In this document: positions 13,816-26,381 of the stretch, in pieces | Numbering within the stretch: the first letter of the stretch is position 1 | Layout: the number at the start of each line of letters is the position of its first letter | Source: Mobula hypostoma | Lineage: Eukaryota | Length of the DNA: 64,000 bases | Direction: 5' to 3' | NCBI RefSeq assembly: GCF_963921235.1 | Contig: NC_086097.1 | Coordinates: 213,716,001 to 213,780,000 of the forward strand | Position numbers and translations under genes: made by a program | Notes under the pieces: model-generated | What the model was told of the DNA's origin: nothing | The model's input: the letters and a program-made list of their open reading frames with translations, nothing else | The model's database searches: none

Positions 13816-16730
13816 CATAGAAACATAAAAACATAGAAAACCTATAGCACAATACAGGCCCTTTGGCCCACATAGTTTTGCCGAACAAGTCCCTGCCTTA
13901 GAAATGACTAGGGTTACCCATAGCCCTCTATTATTCTAAGCTCCATGTACCTATCCAAAAGTCTCTTAAAAGACCCTGTCGTATCCGCCTCCACCACCAT
14001 TCCCGGCAGCCCATTCCACGCACCCACCAATCTCTGCGTAAAAAACTTACCTCTGACATCTCCTCTGTACCTACTCCCAAGCACCTTAAATCTGTGCCCT
14101 CTTGTGGCAGCCATTTCAGCCCTGGGAAAAAGCCTCTGACTATCCACACGAACAATGCCTCTCATCATCTTATAAACCTCTATCAGGTCTCCTCTCATCC
14201 TCCGTTGCTCCAAGGAGAAAAGGCCAAGTTCACTCAACCTATTCTCATAAGGCATGCTTCCCAAACCAGGCAACATCTTTGTAAGTCTCCTCTGCACCCT
14301 TTCTATGGTTTCCTCATCCTTCCTGTAGTGAGGCGACCAGAACTGAGCACAGTACTTCAAGTGGGGTCTGACCAGGATCCTATATAGCTGCAACATTACC
14401 TCTCGGCTCCTAAATTCAGTTCCATGATTGATGAAGGCCAATGCACCGTATGCCTTCTTAACCACAGAATCAACCTGCATAGCAGCTTTGAGTGTCCTAT
14501 GGACTCGGACCCCAAGATCCCTCTGATCCTCCACACTGCCAAGAGTCTTACCATTAAGGTTATTTCTGCCATCACATTTGACCTACCAAAATGAACCACC
14601 TCACACTTATCTGAGTTGAACTTCTCAGCCCAGTTTTGCTTCCTATCAATGTCCTGCTGCAACCTCTGACAGCCCTCCACACTATCCACAACACCTCCAA
14701 CCTTTGTGTCATCAGCAAACTTACTAATCCATCCCTCCACTTCCTCATCCAGGTCATTTATAAAAATCACGAAGAGTAAGGGTCCCAGAACAGATCCCTG
14801 AGGCACACCACTGGTCACCGACCTCCATGCAGAATATGACCCGTCTACAACCACTCTTTGCCTTCTGTGGGCAAGCCAGTTCTGGATCCACAAAACAATG
14901 TCCCCTTGGATCCCATGCCTCCTTACTTTCTCAACAAGCATTGCATGGTGTACCTTATCAAATGCCTTGCTGAAATCCATATACACTACATCTACTGCTC
15001 TTCCTTCATCAATGTGTTTAGTCACATCCTCAAAAAATTCAGTTAGCTTCATAAGGCACGACTTTCCCTTGACAAAGCCATGCTGGCTATTCCTAATCAT
15101 ATTATACCTCTCCAAATGTTCACAACTCCTGCCTCTCAGGACCTTCTGCATCAAATTACCAACCACAGAAGTAAATCTCGCTGGTCTATAATTTCCTGGG
15201 CTGTCTCTATTCCCTTTCTTGAATAAGGGAACAACATCTGCAACCCTCCAATCCTCCGGAACCTCTCCCATCCCCATTGATGATGCAGAAATTATCGCAA
15301 GAGGCTCAGCAATCTGCTCCCTTGCCTCCCACAGTAGCCTGGGGTATACCTCATCCGGTCCTGGCGACTTACCCAACTTGATGTTTTCCAAAAGCTCCAG
15401 CACATCCTCTTTCTTCATATCTACATGCTCAAGCTCTTCAGTCTGCTGCAAGTCATCACTACAATCACCAAGATCCTTTTCCATAGTGAATACTGAAGTA
15501 AAGTATTCATTAAGTACCTCTGCTATTTCCTCTGGTTCCATACACACTTTCCCACTATCACACTTGATAGGTCCTATTCTTTCACGTCTTATCCTCTTGC
15601 TCTTCACATATTTGCAGAATGCCTTGGGGTTTTCCTTAATCCGGCCCGCCAAGGCCTTCTCATGCCTCTTCTGGCTCTCCTAATTTCCTTCTTATGCTCC
15701 TTCCTATTAGCCTTATAATCTTCTAGATCTCTAACATTACCTAGCTCTTTGAACCTTTCGTAAACTTTTCTTTTCTTCTTGACTAGATTTACTGCAGACT
15801 TTGTACACCGCGGTTCCTGTACCCTACCATAACTTCTTTGTCTCATTGGAACGTACCTATGCAGAACTCCACACAAATATCCCCTGAACGTTTCCCACAT
15901 TTCTTCCGTAATTTTCCCTGAGAACATCTGTTCCCAATTTAAGCTTCCAAGTTCCTGCCTGATAGCCTCATAATTCCCCTTACTCCAATTAAACGCTTTT
16001 CTAACTTGTCTGTTCCTATCTCTCTCCAATGCTATTGTGAAGGAGATAGAATTATGATCACTATCTCCAAAATACTCTCACACTGAGAGATCTGACACCT
16101 GACCAGGTTCATTTCCCAATACCAAATCAAGTACAGTCTCTCCTCTTGTAGGCTTATCTACATTTTGTGCCAAGAAGCTTTCCTGAACACACCTAACAAA
16201 CTCCACCCCATCTAAACCCCTTGCTCTAGGGAGATGCCTATCGACATTCGGGAAATTAAAATCTCCCACCACAACAACACTTATTATTACACCTTTCCAG
16301 GATCTGTTTCCCTATCTGCTTCTCGATATCCCTGTTACTATTGGGCGGCCTATTAAAAACACCCAGTAGAGTTATTGACCCCTTCCTGTTCCTAACCTCT
16401 ACCCACAGAGACTCCGTAGACAATCTCTCCATGACGTCCACCTTTTCTGCAGCTGTGACACGATCTCTGATCAACAGTACCACGCCCCCACCTCTTCTGC
16501 CTCCCTCCCTGTCCTTTCTGAAACATCTAAAACCCGGCCATTGAAGTAACCATTCCTGTCCCTGAGTCATCCAAGTCTCTGTAATGGCCACCATCTCCAA
16601 GTACTGATCCACGCTCTAAGCTCATCAGCTTTGTTCACAATATTCCTTGCGTTAAAATAGACACATCTCAAACCGTCGGTCTGAGCGCGTCCCTTCTTTT
16701 TCACCTGCCTATCCTCCCTCACACACTGTA
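13816..16730 (-). mobile_element. 5'-truncated CR1 LINE, ORF2 (APE plus RT) with several frameshifts
   Basis: Minus ORFs 16256-16612, 16078-16272, 15604-16029, 14396-15652 ([25 protein letters not shown]) and 13914-14534; (TCTATGTT)n tail at about 13816-13840. Confidence 0.97.
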
Positions 16731-16759
16731 TGACTCATTATCTTTTCATTGGTTTATCC

Positions 16760-17022
16760 CTCATCACCGAATACCACAGAGAATGTGGGAAAACTTCAGA
16801 AAGAGAAATGAAAAGGCAAATTACTATCTAAATGAAGTGAAACAATAAAATATTGTCTTATAGAGGGATCTGGAATTCCTATTACATGAAGCACAGAATG
16901 TTGGCATGTAGTTCACAGGCATGGAGAGAGCAGGAACGTGGTGTTGAGACCAAGGTTGAATCAACCATGATTTTATTGAATGCTAGAGCAGGCAGGAAGT
17001 GTGAACTGGCTCCAGTTTCTAT
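16760..17022 (+). mobile_element. Old CR1 3' remnant
   Basis: agagggatctgg...tacatgaagcacaga and tcaaccatgattttattgaatgctagagcaggc resemble the CR1 RT end and 3'UTR. Confidence 0.45.
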
Positions 17023-17027
17023 GTAAT

Positions 17028-17905
17028 GCACACAAAATACTGGAGAAACTCAGCAGGCCAGGCAGCATCTTCCAGTCAAGATGGCACCTGCGTACAATGC
17101 TTCTTTGTATGACATCTTCTCGATAGACCATGAAACTATATACTGTTTTTCACTTTTTTAATGTCTATTACATTTGTTTATCATCTTGAATTTGACTCTG
17201 GAACTGTTGGAGCTTGTGATTTGCAGTTTGGAGATCGTTTGGGTACTTCCGCGCTCTGCAGTGTCCGAGAGGATTCTGGAAGGCACAGACAGCATGCATG
17301 AATTGTTTGCCGATTAAAGCAATGAGGGAGATTGAAACATCGAGGTGAATGCAGAAGGTGAGCGCAGACTGCCTGCCTTTTGGTTGCTGGTGGGATCGCT
17401 CTGCTATGGAGAGAGAAAGACTTGCCTCTGGGCCCAGAGAATGTTACCCAGGTTTTCTGCATTTTGGATATAGAGTTGGACTGTTGACTTTTTTGAGTCT
17501 TATAGCTTTTTATATTCTGTGTTTTTCGCATGATCTTTCTTGTTTTTTTGTTTGTGGGGGAGGGGGATTTGGGGCTCGTTGTGCCTGTTCCTTTCTCGTT
17601 TGTGTTTTGTGTGGAGAGGAAGGATTTGGGGGTTAATGTGTCTGTTCCATTTTCATCTGATTTTTGTGCATGGAGGAGGGATTTGAGAGGTAATGACTTT
17701 CTTTTCTTTCTTGGTTTCATGGCTATTCGGAGAAAAATTTCAGAGTTGTATTCTTTGATGACAAATGAACCTTTGAACCTTTTAAAAAAAAAGAGTAAAC
17801 AGTCGACATTTTGGGCTGAGAACGTTTTTTTCCATGGAATCTGCCTGGCCTGGTAAGTTCCTTTAGCATTTTGTGTGTGTTGCTCAGATATTCTGCATCT
17901 TCACA
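17028..17905. mobile_element. Palindromic Penelope-derived element (arms at 17028-17070 and 17785-17905), split by a ~710-bp insertion
   Basis: Left arm cacacaaaatactggagaaactcagcaggccaggcagcatct is the reverse complement of the right arm ...ctgcctggcctggtaagttcctttagcattttgtgtgtg. Confidence 0.75.
17071..17783 (+). mobile_element. Non-autonomous retroposon with a Rex1/Babar-type tail
   Basis: Starts with TCCAGTCAAGATGGC; non-coding T/G-rich body; ends with AAATGAACCTTTGAACCTTT, similar to the Rex tails in this window; interrupts a Penelope repeat. Confidence 0.6.
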
Positions 17906-18689
17906 TTTTATCGTGTTTGCGATTCCAGTTTTTATGTTCTTACATTTTTGTAAGTTTGAAGAGAATTCAAAACACAATAAAGTGATTAACTTTTTAAGTT
18001 TATAAATATTATTAATGTAGCTTAATTTTTTCCTTTTATAGGGAGAAAGCAGCGTGGATTTCTGTAAATAAATGCAACATCATTGCGTAGCATATTTGAT
18101 TGTGTAAGTGTGTAAGGTCAGAAAACCTCTTCTAAACCAGATACCTTTGAGGGTTCTCCATGCTTCCTGTATTACCCTGCATACTCCATATGTTACTTCA
18201 CTAGAGATTAGGAACCCACAAAGGCATCTACATTACAACCTTCTGACTCCAGAGTTAACGTGCTGGCACTGAACCAACACTGACTGCATTCCAAATACTA
18301 CATCAATAACTGTATTTCAAATTACAAGACTTACACTGTGGTGGTCATTTTAACTTAGTATACACAATGGGAAATTGGCACAATCTGATCAGCTATCCAC
18401 TTTAAAAGCAGCTTGTTTATAAAAGCTGCAAAATTGAATCAGTGGTTAAAACAGAAATTAGTAATTTTGTAACAATAAATAAGGTATGGCAGGCGCTCTG
18501 TCATCATTGGTAATGAGTTATGCCTGGATGCAGAACATTCAAGAATGGAATAGTGGAGGGCAGGAAAGAAGTATCAGTAGTTGTCAGCACATTATCAAAT
18601 TTCCAAAAAAAAAAGTGTTAAAAAAGGAAGTGGCTCAAATAAATTTCCTTCAGATCTGTTATAATTCTGTCAATTGATTCTATCAAAAA

Positions 18690-19965
18690 TCAAAAATATA
18701 TTGAGTTCCACCTCAAAGATACTGTTTAAGTCAGCCTCTGCTGTACATCTATCCGGCAGGGAATTCCAGTGATTCACTACCCTCTAGATAAAGAAATTTC
18801 TCCTCATTCTGCATGACTTAACAATTATATTGAGATACTGACCCCTGATTCTATACATCTGAGTCAGAAAAAAAACCCTCCCTCAATGTCCATAAGAATT
18901 TTATATGATTTACACTGACATCATAGGTTATTCTTCTAAACTCCAGAGAGTACAGAGCCACTCTGGTTAATCCCAATTAGGCAATTCCCTGGGCCCACCC
19001 TTCCAAAAACCAAATGATAAATCATATCTATTTAATTATTTAGGTTGAATATGGCCACTTACTCAACCACACACAAACTTATCCTGGAGATCTAGATTCA
19101 GAATGCTGCCAGAATTATAGCATTGCCATAGATTTTTTTTACACAACTATATCATCACTAAAGGTCTAATCTTTGATTCCATGTTCAAATTTATATTTTT
19201 CTATGATCAACAAAGCTGTGAGATTAAAGTTATTCTGCAATCCTCTCATTACCTCAGAAAAATGAAACATCTTTTCCCTTGAGTGGAGCCAGTGTGTGCA
19301 CAAATTGGCAAATGTATCTGAAAATCATATCCATTAGTAACATCTCTTTCTTAGGCTTCTACATGGCTTCGTTATGAGTACAAGGACACAAAGAAACAAG
19401 AATGATCCTCACCCTTGCAATTGCTTTGGATCATGGCTGATTTGTTCCTGTCCTCCTCTTCTGTGTCAGTTCCACGTAGCCTTCAGTTGCCTAATCCTTC
19501 AAAAATTTATCAGTCTTCTCTTTAAGTACCTCCAGTATTCTTGCCACCACAGTCTTACAGAGTAGGGAATTCCAGTGATTCATCACTGTCTGCAAGAAGA
19601 TATTTCTTTGTGCCTCAGTTTTAAATATTTATCTAGTAGTCTTGTAGCCATGCTCCTTTGTTCAAGACTCTCTCATTTGCGACAATATCTTAACATCAAC
19701 TCTGCCATGGTCCCTAAGGATTTTAAATGCTTCAGAAAATCACCTTTTCATTCAAACTCCAAAAAATACAAATCTAAATTTATTAGCCATTTGTGATAGA
19801 ATAAACCTTATTTTCTCAGCATTTACTCGAAGAGAATCCTTTCTGGAATGCCCCCAAAGCTGGTATATACATTCTTAAATAAGGGGACCAAAGCTGTGCA
19901 CAGTGGTCCATGTGCAAACTCACGAACACCCTATGCAATTCAAACAATAATTCTCTGTTTTGAAA
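18690..19965 (-). mobile_element. Two old CR1 3' fragments (about 18690-18980 and 19380-19965)
   Basis: gggaattccagtgattca...aagaa.atttct motif in both; aaataaggggaccaaagctgtgcacagt is the reverse complement of a YCAQFWSPYL-like motif. Confidence 0.6.
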
Positions 19966-20307
19966 TGCAGAAGAGCTGGAAGTTATATAAAACCTTCTAG
20001 TTGGAGTTTAGAAATGTTGTGACTATTGTACAAGCTGTTGGACAGGATATTGGTCTTGCTATAAAAACCGACAGCCATTTTACTTCCCAACTACTTCCAT
20101 GCTAACCTTTGAACAGTGAGATCTTTCTGCATTCCACTCATTTGCAGTCACTTTCCATTTAGCTAAGTTAATCTTTTTAATTCTGATGCTGTTGTCCTCT
20201 ACATTATCTGCCCAGAAGAATATCTCCATTTGAAGGGCCAGATTGGATCTGATCTGCTATCTTGCTCATTCTCAATTTTTCAGCTGCAAGAATATTTTTC
20301 GAAGATG

Positions 20308-20470
20308 ACTGTAAGGAGTTTGTACACTCTCCCTGTGACTGTGTGGGTTTCCTCTCACATTCCGAAGATGTACAGGTTAGTAGGTTAATTGGTGATAATG
20401 GTGTAATTTGGTGGTGTGGGCTTGTTGGGCCAGAAGGTCTTGTTCCCATGTTGTATCTCTGAAAATAAAA
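20308..20470 (+). mobile_element. V-SINE-like (HE1-type) SINE fragment
   Basis: gtaaggagtttgtacactctccctgtgactgtgtgggtttcctc...gtacaggttagtaggttaattgg resembles the V-domain core; CR1-like 3' end. Confidence 0.7.
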
Positions 20471-20831
20471 GGAAGTACATTTTTATTAAATTTTCAAATC
20501 TACATATAAAACAATACATTCAGTATACCTTCCACCAGCATTGTGTTAATTTTCTGTTACATAGGCCCCTTCAGCAACAGTTGGATGGGCTTTAAATGGT
20601 TTCCATCCTCTTAGTGTTTAAAGGCAGCAGGGTCTTGAACTTGTCTTCCTCACAGAGCTTTGGTGGCAAGCTGCACTAAACACCTCTGCATAACTGAGCA
20701 TGTGATCCAGGGCTATGGAATGTGACAGCCCACAACACTCTACCTAGGATAGTTAGTTATGTTGAATTTCCTACTGATTAGGGGTACGCTTCACTAAGTA
20801 GGTATTCCTTTAGCAGTCGTCTTTGTTTGTC

Positions 20832-21216
20832 ACAAAAAATTCTGCAGATGCTGGAAATAAGGTTATAGATTCATTGAAAAGTGCAGCATAGAAACAGGGC
20901 CTTTGGCCCATTCAGTCTGTGCAGAACTATTTAAATTACCTACTTGCACCAAGCTGCACCGGGGCCATAGCCTCCATATCTCTACCAGCCATGATCTTGA
21001 GCACCACATACAAAATGCCAGATGAACTTTGCAAGTCAGGCACATCTAGGGAGGGAAATGAATAATCATTGTTTCAGGCTGAACCCCAGCCAGAAAAGTT
21101 GACCGTTCATTTCCCTTCACAGATGCTGCCTGGCCTGCTGAGTTCCTCCAGTATTTTGTGCGTGCTACTTTGGATTTCTAGCATTTGCACATTTTCTTGT
21201 GTTTAATGCATGTAGC
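20832..21216. mobile_element. Palindromic Penelope-derived element with a nested CR1-tail fragment (about 20862-21000)
   Basis: 11-bp duplication CTTTGTTTGTC at 20821-20831 and 21217-21227; inverted arms ctgcagatgctggaaat versus atttctagcatttgcac. Confidence 0.75.
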
Positions 21217-22325
21217 CTTTGTTTGTCTCAGTGCGTGTCCCTGGGATTTTATGTAATTTATGTTTACTAGGAACAGGGTCGTCTTGGTTATGTAAAAGAA
21301 ATCAGTTAAGATCTTACAGTAGAGGTTTACATTCCTTTGAAACTTACCTTTTATTTATTTACTTACATACACTATGACTTCCTTTTAGTTATAGATAAGA
21401 TTATGTTTGCTTTAATTTGTACTCTATACTTGACTGTGCAAAAAACTGGATAATTATCGGTTTCTTTCCTATTCCCACAATTTGTGACAATATCAAAAAT
21501 AATTTTGCATTTCCCACAGTAAAATTAAAAATAGCTCTTTCAGGATAAAATATTGGTTGCAAATTCTCTCATGTAAGCAATCCTTCAGTCTCTAATATTA
21601 TAGGAGATGGAGTGAAGTTGATGATCGTGGCCAACAGTCATACAAGAGAGGACTTCGGTACTTTTCAGTTTTGAAAGAATCTTCTGGAGTGTGGGATAAG
21701 GAATCTGTGTGCTCAGAGACCTATACAATGCATGTCTATACTGACATCTATTTTACAGTTCATTGCTTAGGTCAGCTTCTCTTCAGAGTTGCTGCCCAAT
21801 GTTTTTGTTGACTTTATATAGACTATTACAATGTTATTTCAAAGACATATTTTGAATATTAATGTCGATGATGATATGGAGAAATAATACTTTTTTGCCT
21901 TTGTCACGTGAACAACTGCTCCCATTTGCTACTACACAAATTAGAGTGTCCCCTATGGTTCAGATGGTAACATTCCAGATCATTGCTGATAAAAGACCAC
22001 CCAAGTTAATTATTAAGACCATAAGACATCTGAGCAGAATTAGGCCATTTGGCCCATTGAATCTGCTCTGCCATTCCATCATGGCTAATTTATTATCCCA
22101 CTCAATTGCAACTTTGTTTCTCTCTATAAAGGTGCTGCCTGCTCTGCAGATTTTCTTCAATGCTTTACCTCAGATTTTCAGCAATTGCCAAGTGCAGTTT
22201 AAAAAAAATCAATCAAATCAGTGCTGGAAAACAGTATAGCTGTTATTTTCTTGTCTTCTGAAAAAAATGATAAAATTCAGAAAGGGAAGTGACAAAGGAA
22301 ATAAAAGAGGCAAATACAGTATATT

Positions 22326-22841
22326 CACTCAGTGGCCATGTTATAGGTTGCAATTATGCATCTGCTTCTTAATGAAAATATCTAATCGGCGAGTCATGTG
22401 GCAGCAACTCAATACATGAAAGCATGCAGACATGGTCACAAAGTTCAGTAGTTGTTCAGACCAAACATCAGAACGGGGAAGAAATGTGATCTAAGTGACG
22501 TTGACCATGGAATGATTGTTGGTGCCAGATGGGGTGGTCTGAGTATCTCAGAAACTGATAACCTCCTGGGATTGCTGAGCACAGCAGTCTGTAGAGTTTA
22601 CAGAGATTGCTGAAGAAAACGGAAAAAAAAAGCAATTCTCTGGGCAAAGATGTCTTGTTAATGAGAGAGGTCAGAGGAGAATGACTAGACTGGTTCAAGT
22701 TGACAGGAAGGCAACAGTAACTCAAATAACCATGTATTACATGTGGAAGAGTATCTCCGAGTGCACAACATGTCAAACATTGAACTGGATGGTCCACAGC
22801 CGCAGAAGATCTCCTGTACCTAATCAAGTGGCCTCTGAGTG
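22326..22841 (+). mobile_element. Internally deleted Tc1/mariner DNA transposon
   Basis: Imperfect TIRs CACTCAGTGGCCA...AGGT and ACCTAATCAAGTGGCCTCTGAGTG followed by TA; transposase N-terminal remnant GKKCDLSDVDHGMIVGARWGGLSISET. Confidence 0.85.
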
Positions 22842-23050
22842 TACAGGATATGAGAAAAGACTGGCAGCAAAGCTTACAGGAAATGCAGAAACATTCTATG
22901 GTCATGTAAACTGGAGAAGTGCCACATAAGAGGAGCTGGGCCTTAAAGACGGCAAAGAAGAAAATTTACTGTAATGCTGAATTAGTAGTTTCAATTAGTT
23001 ATCTCTCAGTATGAAGCTGCTGCAGGATTCTCAGCAATGGAACTACTGGT

Positions 23051-23940
23051 GTGTCTCCCATTCGCCCAGACAGCCACATCTGCACCAGGTACATCGAGTT
23101 GCAGCTCCTTAGGGACCAGGATAGGGAACTGGAGCTGCAGCTCAATGACCTTTGTCTAGTCAGGGAAAGTGAGGAGGTGATAGAGAGGAGCTCTAGGCAA
23201 GTAGTCACACCGGGGCCTCAGGAGAGAGATAAGTGGGTAACAGTCAGGAGAGGGAAAGGCAAGAAGCAGATACTAGAGAGTACCCCTGTGGTTGTCCCCC
23301 TTAATAATAAGTACTCTGGCTTGAGTACTGCTGCGGGCGGGGGGAACGGCCTACCTGGGGAAAACAACAGTCTCCGTGTCTCTGGCACAGAGTCTGGCCC
23401 TGTGGCTCAGAAGGGAGGGAAAGGAAGAGGATGGCAGCAGTGATAGGGGACTCTATAGTTAGGGGGTCAGACAGGCAATACTGTGGACACAGGAAAGAAA
23501 TGCAGATGGTCGTTTGCCTCCCAGGTGCCAAAGTCTGGGATGTTTCTGATCGCGTCCACGATATCCTAAAGTGGGAAGGAGAACAGCCAGAGGTTGTTCT
23601 ACATATTGGTACCAACGACATAGGTAGGAAAAGGGAGGAGGTCCTGAAAACAGATGACAGGGAGTTAGGAAAAAAGTTGAGAAGCAGGACCTCAAAGGTA
23701 GTAATCTCGGGATTACTGCTTGTGCAACGCAACAGTAAGTATAGGAATAGAGTGAGGTGGAGGATATATGCGTGTCTGAGGGATTGGAGCGGGGGGCAAA
23801 GATTCAGATTTCTGGATCATTGGGACCTCTTTTGGGGCAGGTGTGACCTGTACAAAAAGGACATGTTGCACTTGAATTTGAGGGGGACCAATATCCTGAC
23901 AGGAAGGTTTGCTAAGGCTATTGGGGAGAGTTTAAACTAG
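23051..23940 (+). pseudogene. CR1 ORF1 (coiled coil plus SGNH/GDSL esterase-like domain), frameshifted near 23430
   Basis: SGNH blocks VIGDSIVRG, CLPGAKV, HIGTND and DMLHLN, as known for esterase-type CR1 ORF1p. Confidence 0.9.
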
Positions 23941-25620
23941 AATTGCTGGGGGTGGCAACCCAACTGAAGAGACTGGGGAAGAGGCCATTGGCTCACAAAT
24001 AGAGAATGCTTGGAGACCTTACGAGAGGGAGAATAGGCAGATGATAGAGAAGGGATGTGCTCAGTCTGATGGTTTGAGATGTGTCTATTTTAATGCAAGA
24101 AGCATCATGAACAAAGCAGATGAGCTTAGAGTATGGATCAGTACTTGGAGCTATGATGTTGAGGCCATTACAGAGACTTGGAAGGTTCAGAGGCAGGAAT
24201 GGTTACTTAGAGTGCCAGGCTATGGATGTTTCAGAAAGGACAGGAGGGGAAACAAAAGAGGTGGGGGTGTGGCACTGCTGATCAGAGATAGTGTCACGGC
24301 TGCAGAAAAGGAGGAAGTCATGGAGGGATTGTCTACTTAGTCTCTGTGGGTGGAAGTTAGAAACAGGAAGCGGTCAATAACTCTACTGGGTGTTTTTTAT
24401 AGACCACCCAAAAGTAACAGGAATATAGAGGAGCAGAGAGGGAGACAGATTTTGGAATGATGTAATAATAACAGGGTTGTTGTGGTGGGAGATTTTAATT
24501 TCCCAAATATTGATTGGCATCTCCCTAGAGTGAGGGGTTTAGATGGGGTGGAGTTTGTTAGGTGAGTTCAGGAAGGCTTTCTGACACAATATGTAGATAA
24601 GCCTACAAGAGGAGAGGCTGTACTTGATCTGGTACTGGGAAATGAACCTGGTCAGGTGTCAGGTCTCTTAGTGGGAGAGAATTTTGGAGATAGTGATCAC
24701 AATTCTATCTCCTTTACCATAGCGTTGGAGAGGGATAGGAACAGACAAGTTAGTGAAGTGTTTAATTAGAGTAAGGGGAAACATGAAGCTATCAGGCAGG
24801 AACTTGGAAGCATAAATTGGGAACAGATGTTCTCAGAGAAATGTACGGCAGAAATGTGGCAAATGTTCGGGGGATATTTGCATGGCATTCTGCATAGGTA
24901 TGTTCCAATGAGACAGGGAGCTGATGGTAGGTTACAGGAGCTGTGGTGTACAAAGGTTGTTCAAAATCTAGTCAAGAAGAAAAGAAAAGCTTTTCTTCTT
25001 TTTGTAAAAGCTTATGAAAGGTTCAAAAAACTAAGTAATGATAGAGATCTAGAAGTTTATAACCCTAGCAGGAAGGAGTTTAAGAATGAAATTAGGAGAG
25101 CCAGAAGGGGCCATGAGAAGGCCTTGGCAAGCAGGATTAAGGAAACCCCCAAGGCATTCTACAAGTAAGTGAAGAGCAAGAGGATAAGACATGAGAGAGC
25201 AGGACCAATTAATTGTGACAGTGGAAAAGTGTGTATGGAACCGCAGAAGATAGCAGAGGTACTTAATGAATACTTTGCTTCAGTGTTCACTACGGAAGAG
25301 GATCTTGGTGATTGTTGGGATGACTTACAGCGGATTGAAAAGCTTGAGCATATAGACATTAAGAAAGGGGATGTGCTGGAGCTTTTGGAAAGCACCAAGT
25401 TGGACAAATCTCCATGACCAGATGAAATGTACCCTAGGCTACTGTGGGAGGTGAGGGAGGAGATTACTGAGCCTCTGGCAATGATCTTTGCATCATCAAT
25501 GGGGATGGAAGAGGTTCCGGAGGATTGGAGGGTTGCAGATGTTGTTCCCTTATTCAAGAAAGGGAGTAGAGATAGCCCAGGAAATTATAGACCAGTGAGT
25601 CTTACTTCAGTGGTTGGTGA

Positions 25621-26381
25621 GTTTTTTTTTATTAGGTGCAATCGTGAACAATAGCCGGATCAGAAATGCTGATCAAGTCAACTAGTTCCCAAAGAGAACA
25701 CTGATAGGCCAATCAGATGGTTCACTGCTGCTCAGCGATAGAACACAAAAAAATCATATGTACAATTAAGAAACATTAAAACATAGTAGAGATACTGGAG
25801 TCATGATGATCATGTCATAGTCATAGTCATACTTTATTGATCCCGGGGGATATTGGTTTTCATTACAGTTGCACCATAAATAATTAAATAGTAATATGTA
25901 AATTATGCCAGGAAATAATTCCAGGACCAGCCTATTGGCTCAGGGTGTCTGACCCACCAAGGGAGGAGTTGTAAAGTTTGATGGCCACAGGCAGGAATGA
26001 CTTCCTATGACGCTCTGTGTTGCATCTCGGTGGAATGAGTCTCTGGCTGAATGTACTCCTGTGCACAACCAGTCCATTATGTAGTGGATGGGAGACATTG
26101 ACCAAGATGGCATGCAACTTGGACAGCATCCTCTTTTCAGACACCACCGTCAGAGAGTCCAGTTCCATCCCCACAACGTCACTGGCCTTACGAATGAAGT
26201 CTACTGGAGAGAGACATTTATACACATGCTCCTCCATAATTCAAAGAGGTTGAAGGATAAGGTTGCAGGGTGACAAAACGTGGCAGGAGCACTTGGAACT
26301 AAAAACAAATCCCTACCGGGAGAAAACAATACCTGTTCTTTCCGTACTGTTCTCCAGCAGTTTAAGGACTAAGTCCAGCCG
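25621..26381 (-). mobile_element. Unidentified polyadenylated retro-insertion (about 350 bp after removing the nested Rex1)
   Basis: Interrupts the CR1 RT at SVVG|KLME; the minus strand ends CCTAATAAAAAAAA; imperfect duplication GGTGAGTT versus GGAAGTT. Confidence 0.55.
25801..26201 (-). mobile_element. Rex1 LINE 3' fragment with an (ACTATG)n tail
   Basis: ORF 25932-26237 SHPLH...RLIPPRCNTERHRKSFLPVAIKLYNSS; 8-bp TSD TACTGGAG at 25793-25800 and 26202-26209. Confidence 0.9.

Noticed and set aside
14396..15652. 418-aa RT ORF as an active or novel reverse transcriptase system
   Set aside because: Ordinary CR1 ORF2 fragment, frameshifted on both sides and 5'-truncated.
17181..17720. 179-aa Lys/Ser/Thr-rich ORF
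   Set aside because: Antisense reading of a T/G-rich repeat body; no recognisable domain.
21604..21811. Possible coding exon after ATTATAG
   Set aside because: Weak splice signals and no recognisable protein in any frame.
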